Notes: generated by a model not told the origin, from the letters alone. Shown: positions 9,028 to 19,392, counted from the first letter of the stretch. The stretch is 56,305 nt of DNA from Actinomycetota bacterium (GCA_028718945.1 JAQUKT010000004.1:1-56305), one strand, 5' to 3'. Translations and numbers: made by a program.

Positions 9028-10035
9028 GTGAGAATACTCATAACAGGTGGCGCCGGATATATCGGTTCATGCATGCTTCCGATGCTTTCATCTGCCGGTC
9101 ACGATGTTTTAGTGCTCGACAATCTCTCAAGGGGTCACAAAGAGGCAGTGCGCGCTTTTGATATTGAAGTCGTTGACCTCGAGGATTCGCAGGCGATCGC
9201 CGACATCTGTTCTCGCTTCAAACCGGAAGGCTGCATTCACTTTGCGGCTGTAAGTCTTGTAGATGAATCGATGGCTGACCCCCTCAAGTATTTTCGCGTC
9301 AACCTATCAGGAGGATTGAATCTTTTGAGAGCGCTTGTCCTCAGCAATTGCTGCCTTTTCGTCTTTTCCTCCACAGCGGCAGTTTACGGCATTCCCCAAC
9401 AGGTTCCGATTTCCGAAGAACAAGAGTGCAAGCCGATAAATCCATACGGGCTTTCGAAACTGATGTTTGAAAAAATTCTGCTTGAGCTCGACCGCGCGGG
9501 CATCCTCCGCTTCGTTTCGCTCAGGTATTTCAATGCAGCGGGAGCTGACCTCAAAAGCGACCTTGGCGAAGACCACGAGCCCGAAACTCATCTAATCCCG
9601 AACGTAATCAGGGCTGCGCTTGGAATCTCAAATGAAGTAAGAATCTTCGGAACCGACTATCCAACAAAAGATGGAACATGCATGAGAGATTACATCCACG
9701 TAAAAGACCTGTGCCGCGCTCACATCCTCGGTCTTGAAAGGATAGCAAGCGGAGAGAAAAGCGCAATCTATAATCTTGGTGGAGGCAGCGGGTTTTCGGT
9801 GAGAGAAGTGATTGAATGCGTGAAAAGAATTTCGGGAAGGGAATTCAAGGTCATCGAAGATAAAAGAAGAGCAGGAGACCCTCCCGTTCTTGTGGCGTCA
9901 TCAGGCAAAATCTCAAAAGAACTCGGCTGGGTGTTGGAATTCAAAAGCCTCGAAGAAATAGTAAGGACCGCATGGGTTTGGCACTCCAAACATCCAGATG
10001 GCTACTCAAGAACTTTGCCCGGCACGCTCGATTGA
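9028..10035 (+). CDS. galE: UDP-glucose 4-epimerase
   Basis: GGAGYIGS, HFAA, SSTAAVYG, YGLSK, RYFNAAG, RDYIHV. Confidence 0.95.
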   Translation: MRILITGGAGYIGSCMLPMLSSAGHDVLVLDNLSRGHKEAVRAFDIEVVDLEDSQAIADICSRFKPEGCIHFAAVSLVDESMADPLKYFRVNLSGGLNLLRALVLSNCCLFVFSSTAAVYGIPQQVPISEEQECKPINPYGLSKLMFEKILLELDRAGILRFVSLRYFNAAGADLKSDLGEDHEPETHLIPNVIRAALGISNEVRIFGTDYPTKDGTCMRDYIHVKDLCRAHILGLERIASGEKSAIYNLGGGSGFSVREVIECVKRISGREFKVIEDKRRAGDPPVLVASSGKISKELGWVLEFKSLEEIVRTAWVWHSKHPDGYSRTLPGTLD

Positions 10036-10686
10036 GGATAGGCGACTGCTGAAATCCAGATACCTGTCAGTAATTACTCCATCAACAGAAATCCTCCAAA
10101 GGCGTATGAACTCCTCGAGCTCATTCGCGGTCCATGCATATACTTCAAGTCCAAGAATGTGCGCTTTTTTGACAAGCTCCTCATCTATTGCGCGATAGTG
10201 TGGAAGTACAATGCTGCAACCAGCCTCGAGCGCGTTCACAAGTTTTTTTTCCTCGCCGTATCCCATCATGAAAAGATACCCTGTTTGTATGTGAGAAAAC
10301 ATATCTTTAAATTCCTTCAAGAAATCAAGGTCAAACGAGGTAACAAGAGTATCTTTCTCTATCGCGTACTCCTCGAGCATGCTGCCAACTTCAGATGGAG
10401 GGGCATCCTTCACTTCGATATCAAACCAGACCCATCCAGCAAGCTTCTCGAGAACATCCCTCAGGAAAGGGCGCTCGGGTGCATGTTTTCTCAAATCTTC
10501 TGACTTCGAGCGGCTTATGATGTGATTCCAGATAGCAGGGTCGTGGCATAATATCAGTTCTCCGTCCTCAGTGGAGCGCACATCGGTCTCAATTCTCCGC
10601 ACGCCCGCCCGAACCGCTTTCTCCATGGCTTCGAGCGTGTTGTCCGTTCCGAACCCCCTGCCGCCTCTGTGAGAGATAATCCTCAT
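10006..10686 (-). CDS. Glycerophosphodiester phosphodiesterase
   Basis: SHRGG..DNTLEA, ETDVR..DG..ILCHD, IEVK, AWTAN, VDGVITD. Confidence 0.92.
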   Translation of the reverse strand: MRIISHRGGRGFGTDNTLEAMEKAVRAGVRRIETDVRSTEDGELILCHDPAIWNHIISRSKSEDLRKHAPERPFLRDVLEKLAGWVWFDIEVKDAPPSEVGSMLEEYAIEKDTLVTSFDLDFLKEFKDMFSHIQTGYLFMMGYGEEKKLVNALEAGCSIVLPHYRAIDEELVKKAHILGLEVYAWTANELEEFIRLWRISVDGVITDRYLDFSSRLSSIERAGQSS

Positions 10687-10852
10687 TTAAGACTCAGACT
10701 CCTTTCCGCTGAACTTCCGTCGCTTCTCAAACATCGAATTCTTTAGCGGCTCGCCCTCATTATCTCAAATTTCAAGAACGGGTTCCTCAACGGGCTGCTT
10801 TAAGAAACTTTGAAGCGCCGCTCGGGAAACTGTATCACAATCACACAAATTA

Positions 10853-10881
10853 TTGAGATAGCAAAATTTCGGTGTTATACT
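10853..10881 (+). promoter_or_regulatory. sigma70-type promoter with extended -10
   Basis: TTGAGA-N17-TATACT with TGn before the -10; AAGGAGG RBS and TTG start follow. Confidence 0.65.
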
Positions 10882-10905
10882 TTGCACGCAAGGCAAGGAG
10901 GAGAT

Positions 10906-11895
10906 TTGAAAAATCCTGAAAGGCGAGGATTTCTCGAAAGCATAAAGAGCATAGAGGAGCGTCTTCTTCTTATAGTAAACCCCATGAGCAAAAAAGGCGC
11001 GGAGATCGCGTCAAGGATAAGAAGCATGATAAGACGCGAAGGCGTGAATCTCGAGGAAACTTCCACCGACCACCCGGATGACGCGGGCTCGACGCTGGAA
11101 TTCTGGTCAAAAAGATTTGGTGGGTCGAGAGTCATCATGGTTTTCGGGGGAGATGGGGCAATCAATCAGGTGATAAACAACGTTATGCTCTCGCACTCTA
11201 ACAAAAATGTCGTGCTGGTGCCATTTCCATGCGGGACGGCGAACGACTTCTGCCGGGCAATGGGTCTTGACTCGGTTGAGAAAACACTGGAGGCAATGGC
11301 TGCTTTCAAGGTGAAGCCCATTGACCTCATCAAATTAGAAATGGTGGACAGAAACGGAAAGCAAACAGTTAGATATTGCTCAAACATAATAGGACTGGGA
11401 TTAGATGGAGACCTGGCAAAGAGAGCATTGGGATACAAGCGATACGGCGTTGCCGGCTACTGGTATTCCAGCATAAAAAGGGCAATCCAGCTTATTTTCA
11501 AGGAACCCGAAACTTACCTGCTGAGAATCAAGACTCCGTCTCTCGAGCAGTACGGCCATTTCTTCGATGTGCTGCTCTCAAAAATCGATAGATACGGGCA
11601 AAACCTTCATGTAGCGCCTGGAGCAAAACTTGACGATGGCAAAATCTACATAACCATAGGAAAACCAATGAGCACAATAAAAGCCTTTCTTACAGTAATG
11701 TTGCTCCTGAAAGGGCTTCACACGAAAATGCCTGGAATTGAGTTTTTCGTCACGGAGAGCGCGGAAATTGAAATACTCGATGATGTTTATGCCCAGGAAG
11801 ACGGCGAGGTTCGTTTCTATCCGCATGAAACAAAAATCTATCTTTCGGTCGAGAGAAAAGCCCTGGAAGTCCTGTCCCCGGCTGAATCATCCTGA
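10906..11895 (+). CDS. Diacylglycerol/lipid kinase family protein
   Basis: LLIVNP, GGDG, PCGTANDF, GLGLDG, DGE motifs; TTG start at 10906. Confidence 0.88.
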   Translation: MKNPERRGFLESIKSIEERLLLIVNPMSKKGAEIASRIRSMIRREGVNLEETSTDHPDDAGSTLEFWSKRFGGSRVIMVFGGDGAINQVINNVMLSHSNKNVVLVPFPCGTANDFCRAMGLDSVEKTLEAMAAFKVKPIDLIKLEMVDRNGKQTVRYCSNIIGLGLDGDLAKRALGYKRYGVAGYWYSSIKRAIQLIFKEPETYLLRIKTPSLEQYGHFFDVLLSKIDRYGQNLHVAPGAKLDDGKIYITIGKPMSTIKAFLTVMLLLKGLHTKMPGIEFFVTESAEIEILDDVYAQEDGEVRFYPHETKIYLSVERKALEVLSPAESS

Positions 11896-11909
11896 TTTCC
11901 CCATACACA

Positions 11910-12581
11910 ATGAGAATCCTTTTTGTGTGCACCGGAAACATCATGAGAAGCGTGATTGCCGAATGCGTGGCTCGTAAATACCTGACGGAAATGCTCCGCG
12001 AAAAAGCAGATGTCATATCGGTAGAATCCGCGGGATTGAAAGCCACCTCCTTTGAACCCCCTCATCCGGAATGCATAAGCGCCCTTCAGAAACTTGGAAT
12101 CGAGGAATGCGATGTCTCTTCAAAACCAATAACCGAAGAAGCTGTGAACTCCGCGGATATTGTTATCGCAATGACAAGAGAGCAGTGCTACCAGGTTGCG
12201 TCTGAATTCAGAGGGCACTCGAGCAGATGTTTCTCCCTCATTGGATTGAACGGCTTGATAGATTCGCTCCTTGACGGTGAAAGAACAAATGTTGATTCAA
12301 GCGAACTTTCAAGAGAAGAAATCGAGAAGGTGCTTCAAACTGCAACTCGCGCCATTATCTCAGCATCAAAAAAAGATTCGAGGGCGATACCGGGAGTTCC
12401 GCTGACTTCAAGGGAACTCATGACGCTTTTCCCGGTATGTTTCCGCGAGGTTTCGAATATAAGTGACCCCTTACCCGGAACAAAAGATGAAGTTGAGATG
12501 TGCGCAAGGAAAATCGAAAAAGAAGTCGGGCTCATGTTGGATGGAATGTTTGCCGTTGGCCTCAAATCATTTTCTCGATAA
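11910..12581 (+). CDS. Low-molecular-weight protein tyrosine phosphatase family
   Basis: ILFVCTGNIMRS (CX5R P-loop), SAG, late ISDP acid loop. Confidence 0.85.
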   Translation: MRILFVCTGNIMRSVIAECVARKYLTEMLREKADVISVESAGLKATSFEPPHPECISALQKLGIEECDVSSKPITEEAVNSADIVIAMTREQCYQVASEFRGHSSRCFSLIGLNGLIDSLLDGERTNVDSSELSREEIEKVLQTATRAIISASKKDSRAIPGVPLTSRELMTLFPVCFREVSNISDPLPGTKDEVEMCARKIEKEVGLMLDGMFAVGLKSFSR

Positions 12582-13155
12582 CTTTGCGCATCTCAGACAA
12601 AGCCCTTCCGCGATGACTTATCGCGTTTTTCTCATCGAGGGTGAGTTCAGCCATTGAACGGGAATACCCTTCGGGCTGGAAAACAGGGTCGTATCCGAAA
12701 CCTCCGCTTCCTTTCCTTTCCGTCAAAATATGCCCCTCGCAAATCCCCGTCGCGAGATGAATACAATCGGGGCTCAGCACAAGCGCGATGACGCAAACGA
12801 ACCTCGCCCTTCTTTTCTCGAAAGGAATCACTTCGAGCTCGCTCAAGAGCAGTTCGATGTTTCTCTCTGCGTCTCCCTCAACGCCGGCATATCTCGAGGA
12901 ATAAACACCCGGACGTCCTCCAAGAGAATCAACCATTAAACCGGAATCATCCGAGAGCGAAGGAATCCCTGTGTGATCAAAAAGAGAAAGTGCTTTGAGA
13001 GTAGCGTTCTCCTCAAAAGTTTCGCCAGATTCCACCGGCGGTGACCAGCCTTCGAACTCCTCAAAAGTATGAATCGAAAGCCCTGGAATAATAAGAGCCT
13101 TTCTTATCTCCTCTACTTTTCTCCTGTTTCTGCTTGCAATCGCTATGTCCATCAT
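12562..13155 (-). CDS. rdgB: Non-canonical purine NTP pyrophosphatase (RdgB/HAM1)
   Basis: SRNRRKVEE, DDSGL, PGVYSSRY, GFGYDPVF, SHRG. Confidence 0.96.
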   Translation of the reverse strand: MMDIAIASRNRRKVEEIRKALIIPGLSIHTFEEFEGWSPPVESGETFEENATLKALSLFDHTGIPSLSDDSGLMVDSLGGRPGVYSSRYAGVEGDAERNIELLLSELEVIPFEKRRARFVCVIALVLSPDCIHLATGICEGHILTERKGSGGFGYDPVFQPEGYSRSMAELTLDEKNAISHRGRALSEMRKVIEKMI

Positions 13156-13886
13156 TCGCGCTTTCGCGGCAATTCCAAAACCTCGTGCTGGCAGGCAATC
13201 AGTTTCTGGATACCCGAAAGAGAAAGTTCAATCAGCTCTTCAAGCTCACTTCTCTCGAGGGGTTTTTTTTCGGAAGTTGCCTGGATTTCGATTATCCTTC
13301 CGCTTTCGAGCGCAACCAGGTTCATGTCAACAGCTGCGTGGAAATCTTCCTCGAAACAAAGGTCGAGACATGGGACACCAGTAACAATTCCAGCACTTAC
13401 CGCGGCAAGAAACTCGCCCGTAGGTATCGCTTCAAGGACTCCCCTCTCAATCATGGTGTCAAAGGCATCGAAGAGAGCAACGAAGGCTCCAGTGATAGAA
13501 GCGGTTCTCGTCCCCCCGTCCGCCTCTATCACATCGCAGTCAACAACAAAAGTGCAATTAGGAAAAGCATTGAGGTCAAAAGCCCCGCGAAGGGACCTTC
13601 CTATGATCCTTTGAATCTCAGCCGTCCTTCCGCCCACTCTTCCAAGCGCCGCTTCCCTTGTGCTGCGTGTCTCCGTAGCTCTCGGCAGCATCGAATATTC
13701 CGCGGTAATCCATCCACCCTCGGTGCCTCTCAAGAAGGCTGGCACTCCCTCTTCAAATGTCGCCGTGCAAACCACTCTCGTTCTTCCAGTTTCAATCAAG
13801 CAGGAACCTTCAGCGTGTGGAATATAGTCTCTGGTTATCTTCACAGGTCTCAACTCTTCCGGAGCCCTTCCATCAGTCCTTATCAA
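13152..13886 (-). CDS. rph: Ribonuclease PH
   Basis: RTDGRAPEELRPV, EYSMLPRAT, EIQRIIGRSLR, DGGTRTASITG. Confidence 0.97.
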   Translation of the reverse strand: MIRTDGRAPEELRPVKITRDYIPHAEGSCLIETGRTRVVCTATFEEGVPAFLRGTEGGWITAEYSMLPRATETRSTREAALGRVGGRTAEIQRIIGRSLRGAFDLNAFPNCTFVVDCDVIEADGGTRTASITGAFVALFDAFDTMIERGVLEAIPTGEFLAAVSAGIVTGVPCLDLCFEEDFHAAVDMNLVALESGRIIEIQATSEKKPLERSELEELIELSLSGIQKLIACQHEVLELPRKRE

Positions 13887-13907
13887 ATTTCACCTCCTGG
13901 TCCAGTT

Positions 13908-14666
13908 CTAAAGAATTATCCGAAGCCCCTCAACAGCAAGAATAATCTCTCCACTAAATTTCTTTCCCGCATCCTCGAGCGCCATTTCTCCATTCAGAGT
14001 TGGCCAGATGTGGGTGAGGAGAAGCCGCTTGGCTCCCGCGAGTTCAGCAATCTCCCCCGCTTCAGAAGCAAAGAGATGACCGGAAAGCCTCAATGAAGTT
14101 TCGCTCGTGAAAGTAGCCTCGCAGATAAAAAGGTCGCAGTCCCGCGCAAGCCCAACAAGCGAATCGGTAAATTCTGTATCGCCTGAATAGCAAACCGACT
14201 GACCGTTCACCTCCACCCTTATGACAAGCGCATCGGGGATATGCTTTGCAATCCCGGTTTTCACTCTAAAAATGTCAAAGGCAATATCCTCATCGGGCTT
14301 TGCTTCCCTGACTTTGAGGCATTGCATGAAACTATCGTGGCTTTCCCGAGAAACAACCCTTCCGAGCGCGTCACTTCCGCCTTCAGGAAGAATAACCGAA
14401 AGCGGGGGGAGTGGCTTTTCCCAGAACTTCCTTGCCGTGCAAAGACCGAAGATGTCAACGTAATGGTCGTAATGCATGTGAGTAATAACTACTCCGCCAA
14501 TCTCCTCAGGAGACAAGTATTTCAAAAGGTTGCCGAGAGCGCCCGCGCCGAGGTCGAGCACGAAGTTTTTGTCCCCGTATGTAAGCAGGAATGAACTGCA
14601 CGCCTTTCCAGCGCCAGCATACCCTCCGGAACTCCCAAGAACAACTATCTCAAGTGGCGTCTTCAC
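13908..14666 (-). CDS. MBL-fold metallo-hydrolase
   Basis: LGSSGG, THMHYDH, YSGDT, CEAT, LLTHIWP. Confidence 0.9.
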   Translation of the reverse strand: MKTPLEIVVLGSSGGYAGAGKACSSFLLTYGDKNFVLDLGAGALGNLLKYLSPEEIGGVVITHMHYDHYVDIFGLCTARKFWEKPLPPLSVILPEGGSDALGRVVSRESHDSFMQCLKVREAKPDEDIAFDIFRVKTGIAKHIPDALVIRVEVNGQSVCYSGDTEFTDSLVGLARDCDLFICEATFTSETSLRLSGHLFASEAGEIAELAGAKRLLLTHIWPTLNGEMALEDAGKKFSGEIILAVEGLRIIL

Positions 14667-14687
14667 ATTGAATCTCCATATTCCTCA

Positions 14688-15518
14688 TCAGGTGAATTCA
14701 AGAGGCGGTCTATAACTGAAATCTTCCGGTATGCTCATAACGTTTTCAACCTCTGGTCCGAGAAAAACTCTGCCGAGTTTTCTACTTTTCTCGGCATCGC
14801 CGGTTGTCAGGAAATGATGAATACCTTTTTCGCCCGAGTTTCTCTTCCATCCAAGACGCTCGAGAATGTCTTCAACCTCGGTTGCCGTCTCCTGAGCGCT
14901 GTTCACAAGTTTGATATCCAGTCCGACAATCCTTTGAATCAAATCAGAAAGAAGCGGGTAATGCGTGCAGCCGAGAATCAATGTGTCAATTCCCTCATTT
15001 ACAACCGGCATGAGGCATTTAACCGCAACTCTTTCTATTTCTTCTCCCTCAACCTCGCCACGCTCCACGAATTCGACCAGCGCCGGGCAAGCCCGAGAAA
15101 CAATATCGGAGCGCGGATCGAGTCTCCTAAGCGCTCGTTCATACGAGCCGCTTTTTATGGTGCATTCGGTTCCTATCACTCCAATCCTCTTGCTCTTCGT
15201 GTGTCTCAATGCCGCCCTCACCCCCGGCTTGATGACGCCAACAACTGGAATACTATAATACGCCTGAGCCTCCTCGAGCGCCGCCGCAGTAGCGGAATTG
15301 CAGGCTATCACGACTAACTTAACCCCGAATCCAAGAAGGTAATCTATGATGTCTCCTGCAAACTTCCTTACCTCATCAATGCTTCGCGGTCCGTAGGGTC
15401 CACGGGCGTCGTCGCCAATGTATATCAAATGCTCGAATGGCATGCGGTCAATGAAGGCTCGCGCAACCGTAAGCCCCCCCACTCCGCTATCGAACATTCC
15501 AACCGGCTTTTCGTTCAT
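14688..15518 (-). CDS. murI: Glutamate racemase
   Basis: FDSGVGGLTV, VIACNSA, LGCTHYP. Confidence 0.97.
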   Translation of the reverse strand: MNEKPVGMFDSGVGGLTVARAFIDRMPFEHLIYIGDDARGPYGPRSIDEVRKFAGDIIDYLLGFGVKLVVIACNSATAAALEEAQAYYSIPVVGVIKPGVRAALRHTKSKRIGVIGTECTIKSGSYERALRRLDPRSDIVSRACPALVEFVERGEVEGEEIERVAVKCLMPVVNEGIDTLILGCTHYPLLSDLIQRIVGLDIKLVNSAQETATEVEDILERLGWKRNSGEKGIHHFLTTGDAEKSRKLGRVFLGPEVENVMSIPEDFSYRPPLEFT

Positions 15519-15624
15519 TTCACGACCTTGTGGATATCAGGCAAAATATGTGATTTTGCCCCTTTTGAGATTCCATTCGCGTAGATAAACATCACAACTT
15601 TTCCATCTTTGAAAAAATAAACGA

Positions 15625-15651
15625 GCAGGCGAAATACTTCACTCCGCCTGC
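15625..15651 (-). terminator. Probable intrinsic terminator after dodecin
   Basis: GCAGGCG...CGCCTGC stem followed by TCGTTTATTTTTT on the minus strand. Confidence 0.55.
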
Positions 15652-15679
15652 CCTTCGCATTTACGATCTGAAGTTAAAC

Positions 15680-15898
15680 TTAATCCTCCTTGCCAAGATA
15701 CTTGAATGAAACCTTGACACGCGCGCGATAAGCCACAACCTTCCCATTCTCGAGCTTCATGTCAAGTGCGGCGACCTCGGCAATCCTGAGTTCCTGCAGG
15801 CTCTTCGACGCAGCCTCCACCGCGTTTTTCGCTGCCTCTTCCCACGAGTTTTCGCTCGTCCCTACCAACTCGATAATCTTGTACACGCTTTCTGCCAT
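15680..15898 (-). CDS. Dodecin family protein
   Basis: SVYKIIELVGTSENSWEEAAKNAV...YRARVKVSFKY. Confidence 0.92.
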   Translation of the reverse strand: MAESVYKIIELVGTSENSWEEAAKNAVEAASKSLQELRIAEVAALDMKLENGKVVAYRARVKVSFKYLGKED

Positions 15899-16213
15899 CT
15901 CTTGCTCCTCCTTTCTTCCAATACAAACTTCTCTAACCCCCAAAAATTCTATCAACAATCACGGCAAAAAACAAAAAATCACTCAGAAAAGATATCGTCA
16001 AAATCTTCAGCCTGTTTACCTTGAAGCATAAATGAAAAATGTTGAATGACAATTGGATCACCAGCAAACTGAATGGCCTCTCATGTGGTATTTGACCGCT
16101 TTCAATGGAGAGCCAAATCTTCCCTACCTCGATGAGGAACGGCTAAGCACCAGACCTAAAATTCTTTATCTAATGAAGTTCCTCGAAAGAATGAAATCCG
16201 AAAAGCCGCTCTT

Positions 16214-17614
16214 TCAGGCTGCTTTCATCAAGGCAGCCGACCAGACTGGTTCACAAAAATGTGTCATTGCAAGACCTGACCCCATCAGGACTTGCTTTGC
16301 TTTCTCTAAAGGTTTTTCTTTGGGACCAACCGGAACATCGGGCTCAATTCCCTTACCGTCTATCGCGTCTCCATTCGGGAGATAGTAAAGAGAAACAGTC
16401 AACTTGATTGCTCCTCCGTTATCAAGGTCATAGATTTTCTGGATTGAACCTTTTCCGTAAGTCTTTGAGCCAACAACAGTTGCTCTTCCGTGTTCTTTCA
16501 GAGCTCCGGTAACTATTTCGGAAGCGCTTGCGCTCATGCCATTCACAAGAACCACAAGGGGCTTTTCTGTCTCCTGTTCTGCGGTTGTGCGAGAAGCCAT
16601 GCGTTTCTGACCCTTGAATTCATAGGAGACAACCACGCTTCCCCTCGGTAGAAACACGCTCGAAAGTTTGACCGCTTCATCCAGCAATCCCCCCTTGTTG
16701 TCTCTCAAGTCCAGAATGAAGCCTGAAACTCCCTTTTTATTCATTTCCGCTACTGTTTTTCTAACTTTTTCCCCGATGCCCTTGCTGAAATCGAGAACCG
16801 TGATATGCCCGAATCTTCCATCAAGAATCTCTGTCTCGAGGTCAGGAGTTGTTATCTTTTCCCGGGTTATTTTGAACTTTAACTCCTTTTTCGCTCCCTC
16901 TCTTTGAACCGCTATCTCGACTTTCGTCCCCCTTTTTCCCCTTATCCAGCTCACAACCACATCGAGGTCAACCCCCTTTGTGCTTCTACCATCAACACTC
17001 ATTATGAGATCGCGGCTCTTGACGCCCGCTCTTTTGGCAGGTGAGCCCTTCAGCACCTTAAAGACTTTCGGCCTGCTCTGTTTTTCATCCTCACGAAGAA
17101 CAATGCCGGTGCCATAAAACGAACCGGATAGGTCTTCGTCTATCCTCTTATTATCAATCGCGTCAAAATAGCAACTATGCTTGTCACCAAGTGCTTTGAC
17201 AAGCGCTTTGATTCCAATGTCTTCGAGTTTGGAGGAAGATTTTATACCTTTTGCCTTCGCCTTCTCCACCGCTTCTTCCGCGGCAGAAACAACCTTTTCC
17301 TTCGAATACTCTTTGAGGTAGTAGTTCTTTATGTCAAAAACTGCCTCACGGTAGGACTCGGATTCATTCAAACCAAACTCGCTTGCACGTTTTTTCTCGC
17401 CTTGAAAGAGGACAATGTCAATCAGAATGCCGGCACCTATTATAAGTGCCACAACTAAAATGCCGACAAGCGTGAAAACCAAAGTCCTTCTTTTATGAGT
17501 GCGACGCGGAGGACCGCCGTAAGGAGGAGCAGGCATTCCTTCAGGGAAAAGCCCGGTCTGGTAGTAGGACGCATCTTCAGCTGAATGCTTCGCATCTTTA
17601 TTAGAATCGCTCAT
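16214..17614 (-). CDS. ctpA: S41 family C-terminal processing peptidase with PDZ domain
   Basis: PDZ (GSPAKRAGV), LDLRDNKGG, SASASEIV, TYGKGSIQ, GIEPD. Confidence 0.93.
   Translation of the reverse strand: MSDSNKDAKHSAEDASYYQTGLFPEGMPAPPYGGPPRRTHKRRTLVFTLVGILVVALIIGAGILIDIVLFQGEKKRASEFGLNESESYREAVFDIKNYYLKEYSKEKVVSAAEEAVEKAKAKGIKSSSKLEDIGIKALVKALGDKHSCYFDAIDNKRIDEDLSGSFYGTGIVLREDEKQSRPKVFKVLKGSPAKRAGVKSRDLIMSVDGRSTKGVDLDVVVSWIRGKRGTKVEIAVQREGAKKELKFKITREKITTPDLETEILDGRFGHITVLDFSKGIGEKVRKTVAEMNKKGVSGFILDLRDNKGGLLDEAVKLSSVFLPRGSVVVSYEFKGQKRMASRTTAEQETEKPLVVLVNGMSASASEIVTGALKEHGRATVVGSKTYGKGSIQKIYDLDNGGAIKLTVSLYYLPNGDAIDGKGIEPDVPVGPKEKPLEKAKQVLMGSGLAMTHFCEPVWSAALMKAA
16257..16283. repeat. REP-like repeat copy inside the S41 peptidase 3' end
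   Basis: AAATGTGTCATTGCAAGACCTGACCCC; translated as GSGLAMTHF on the minus strand. Confidence 0.85.
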
Positions 17615-17816
17615 ATCGTATTCCTTCGTAGTTGAACGCGATAAATGTTATCAAAAAAAGACATTCAAGCGGTAAACGCAAAAAGAAAACTTCAAAACAC
17701 CCTTGATGGCATCCCGAGCCTGATTGTTAGTATGTATTTAGGCAATGCTTCGCTTTTTTTCGCAAGCAAAACCCGCAACTGCGCCAGACTGAACGGATTT
17801 GCCAGATTAGTCCCGC

Positions 17817-18716
17817 TTATACTTCTATGTATCTTCGCAAAGCAAAGTTGCTTCCCAAAGCGCCAATTATCATACCAACGAGTATGAGCAGGAATGAAAG
17901 CAAAACCAGGTAGCCTGTAGAGATAAGATTGGCTTCGGCAGCCGCCTCGACTTTTGTCATAAGCCATGAGTGAATCATAATCGCAACAATAATACCTACA
18001 ATGGCGCCCGTAATTCCCTCAAAAACACCCTCAACAATGAAAGGCCATCTTATGAACCAGTTAGTAGCCCCAACCAATTTCATGATTCCAATTTCATTTC
18101 TGCGGGCGTAGATTGCCATCCGTATAGTAATAGAAACAAGCGAAACTGCGACAATAGCAAAAGCCACTACAACAACAAACCCAATTTTCTGAATCGCGCC
18201 AGTCCACTTCAGTACTTTGTTGACAACATCCTCGGGGAACTTTATCTCTTTCTTACCGTTCTCATCAACGCTTATCTCGGGTCTGTTCATGAGCCTCTGT
18301 GCCACCGCCTTATTATACTTGGGGTCTTTCATTCGAACCTTGAATTCGGCAGGCAGTGGGTTACCTTCAATCTGCTCGATAATGTCAGGGCTATCCTTAT
18401 ACATTTCCTTGAACTCCTCGAGCGCTTCTTCTTTTGAAATGAATCTCACGCTTTTCACCTCGGGCATCTTTTTTATGAAGCGCTCGAGACTATCTCTCTC
18501 CTCGGCAGTTACCTCATCTTTCAGGAACACGCGTATCTCATCAACCCTGTATTTGAGATTGGTTGCAAGACCATCCCCAGCGTGAACAACCATCCCGACA
18601 AAGCCAAGTAACACAAGGGAAAGACTCGTTACCATAACAGCGGCAACAGTAAGCGCCATATTCCGCCGCATGCTCGTCGTTGCTTCCCTTAAGAAATAAA
18701 ATGCGTTAACTGCCAT
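17817..18716 (-). CDS. ftsX: Cell division permease FtsX
   Basis: NPLP, RRNEIGIMKLVGAT.WFIR.PF..EG. Confidence 0.95.
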   Translation of the reverse strand: MAVNAFYFLREATTSMRRNMALTVAAVMVTSLSLVLLGFVGMVVHAGDGLATNLKYRVDEIRVFLKDEVTAEERDSLERFIKKMPEVKSVRFISKEEALEEFKEMYKDSPDIIEQIEGNPLPAEFKVRMKDPKYNKAVAQRLMNRPEISVDENGKKEIKFPEDVVNKVLKWTGAIQKIGFVVVVAFAIVAVSLVSITIRMAIYARRNEIGIMKLVGATNWFIRWPFIVEGVFEGITGAIVGIIVAIMIHSWLMTKVEAAAEANLISTGYLVLLSFLLILVGMIIGALGSNFALRRYIEV

Positions 18717-19392
18717 AACCGTAGACACCCCTTAACTGGTCTCTGACGACCCTTCCCTCTTTTAACTCGATTACCCGTTTCTTGAAGGTGTTCACAATGT
18801 CTTGATCATGCGTCGCCATCAAAACAGTGGTTCCAGTATTATTGATCTTCTCAAGAAGCTTCACTATTCCGTGAGACATCGAGGGGTCGAGATTCCCGGT
18901 TGGCTCATCGGCAAGCAGTATTGGAGGTCTGTTCACAAATGCCCTTGCAATCGAAACTCGCTGCTGCTCCCCGCCGGAGAGCTCATCCGGATATGAGTCG
19001 AGTTTGTGGCTCAAACCCACGAGTCTCAAGACCTCGGGGACATAGGCTTCTATGATCCTTCTCGGTCTTCCGGTAACCTCAAGTGCGTAGCCAACGTTCT
19101 CATAGACGGTCTTGTTTGGAAGGAGTTTGAAATCCTGAAAAACGCAGCCCACCTTCCTTCTCAAATAGGGAACTTTCCACTTCTTTATTTCGCTGAGATT
19201 CGTATCGGCAATGTATATTTCACCGTTCGTTGGCAACTCCTCTTTCAGAATCAACTTGAAGAAAGTCGATTTTCCGGAACCAGTCGGTCCAACAATAAAG
19301 GCAAATTCCTTTTTTTCAATGTCAACTGTTACATCCTCTAAGGCATAGACATTTCCATGATAGACCTTTGTGACTCTGCGAAACCTTATCAC
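18706..19392 (-). CDS. ftsE: Cell division ATP-binding protein FtsE
   Basis: GPTGSGKST, VFQDFKLL, LSGGEQQRV, ADEPTGNLD; GTG start after GGAGG. Confidence 0.96.
   Translation of the reverse strand: MIRFRRVTKVYHGNVYALEDVTVDIEKKEFAFIVGPTGSGKSTFFKLILKEELPTNGEIYIADTNLSEIKKWKVPYLRRKVGCVFQDFKLLPNKTVYENVGYALEVTGRPRRIIEAYVPEVLRLVGLSHKLDSYPDELSGGEQQRVSIARAFVNRPPILLADEPTGNLDPSMSHGIVKLLEKINNTGTTVLMATHDQDIVNTFKKRVIELKEGRVVRDQLRGVYGYGS

Noticed and set aside
13134-14096. Long plus-strand ORFs antisense to core genes (also 37546-38409, 46742-47494, 4592-5305)
   Set aside because: Shadow frames of well-supported minus-strand genes, without domain motifs.
16107-16218. Glycine-riboswitch-like words (GGAGAG ... 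CTTTCAGG)
   Set aside because: The CCGAAG core is missing, the spacing is wrong, and no plus-strand gene lies downstream.
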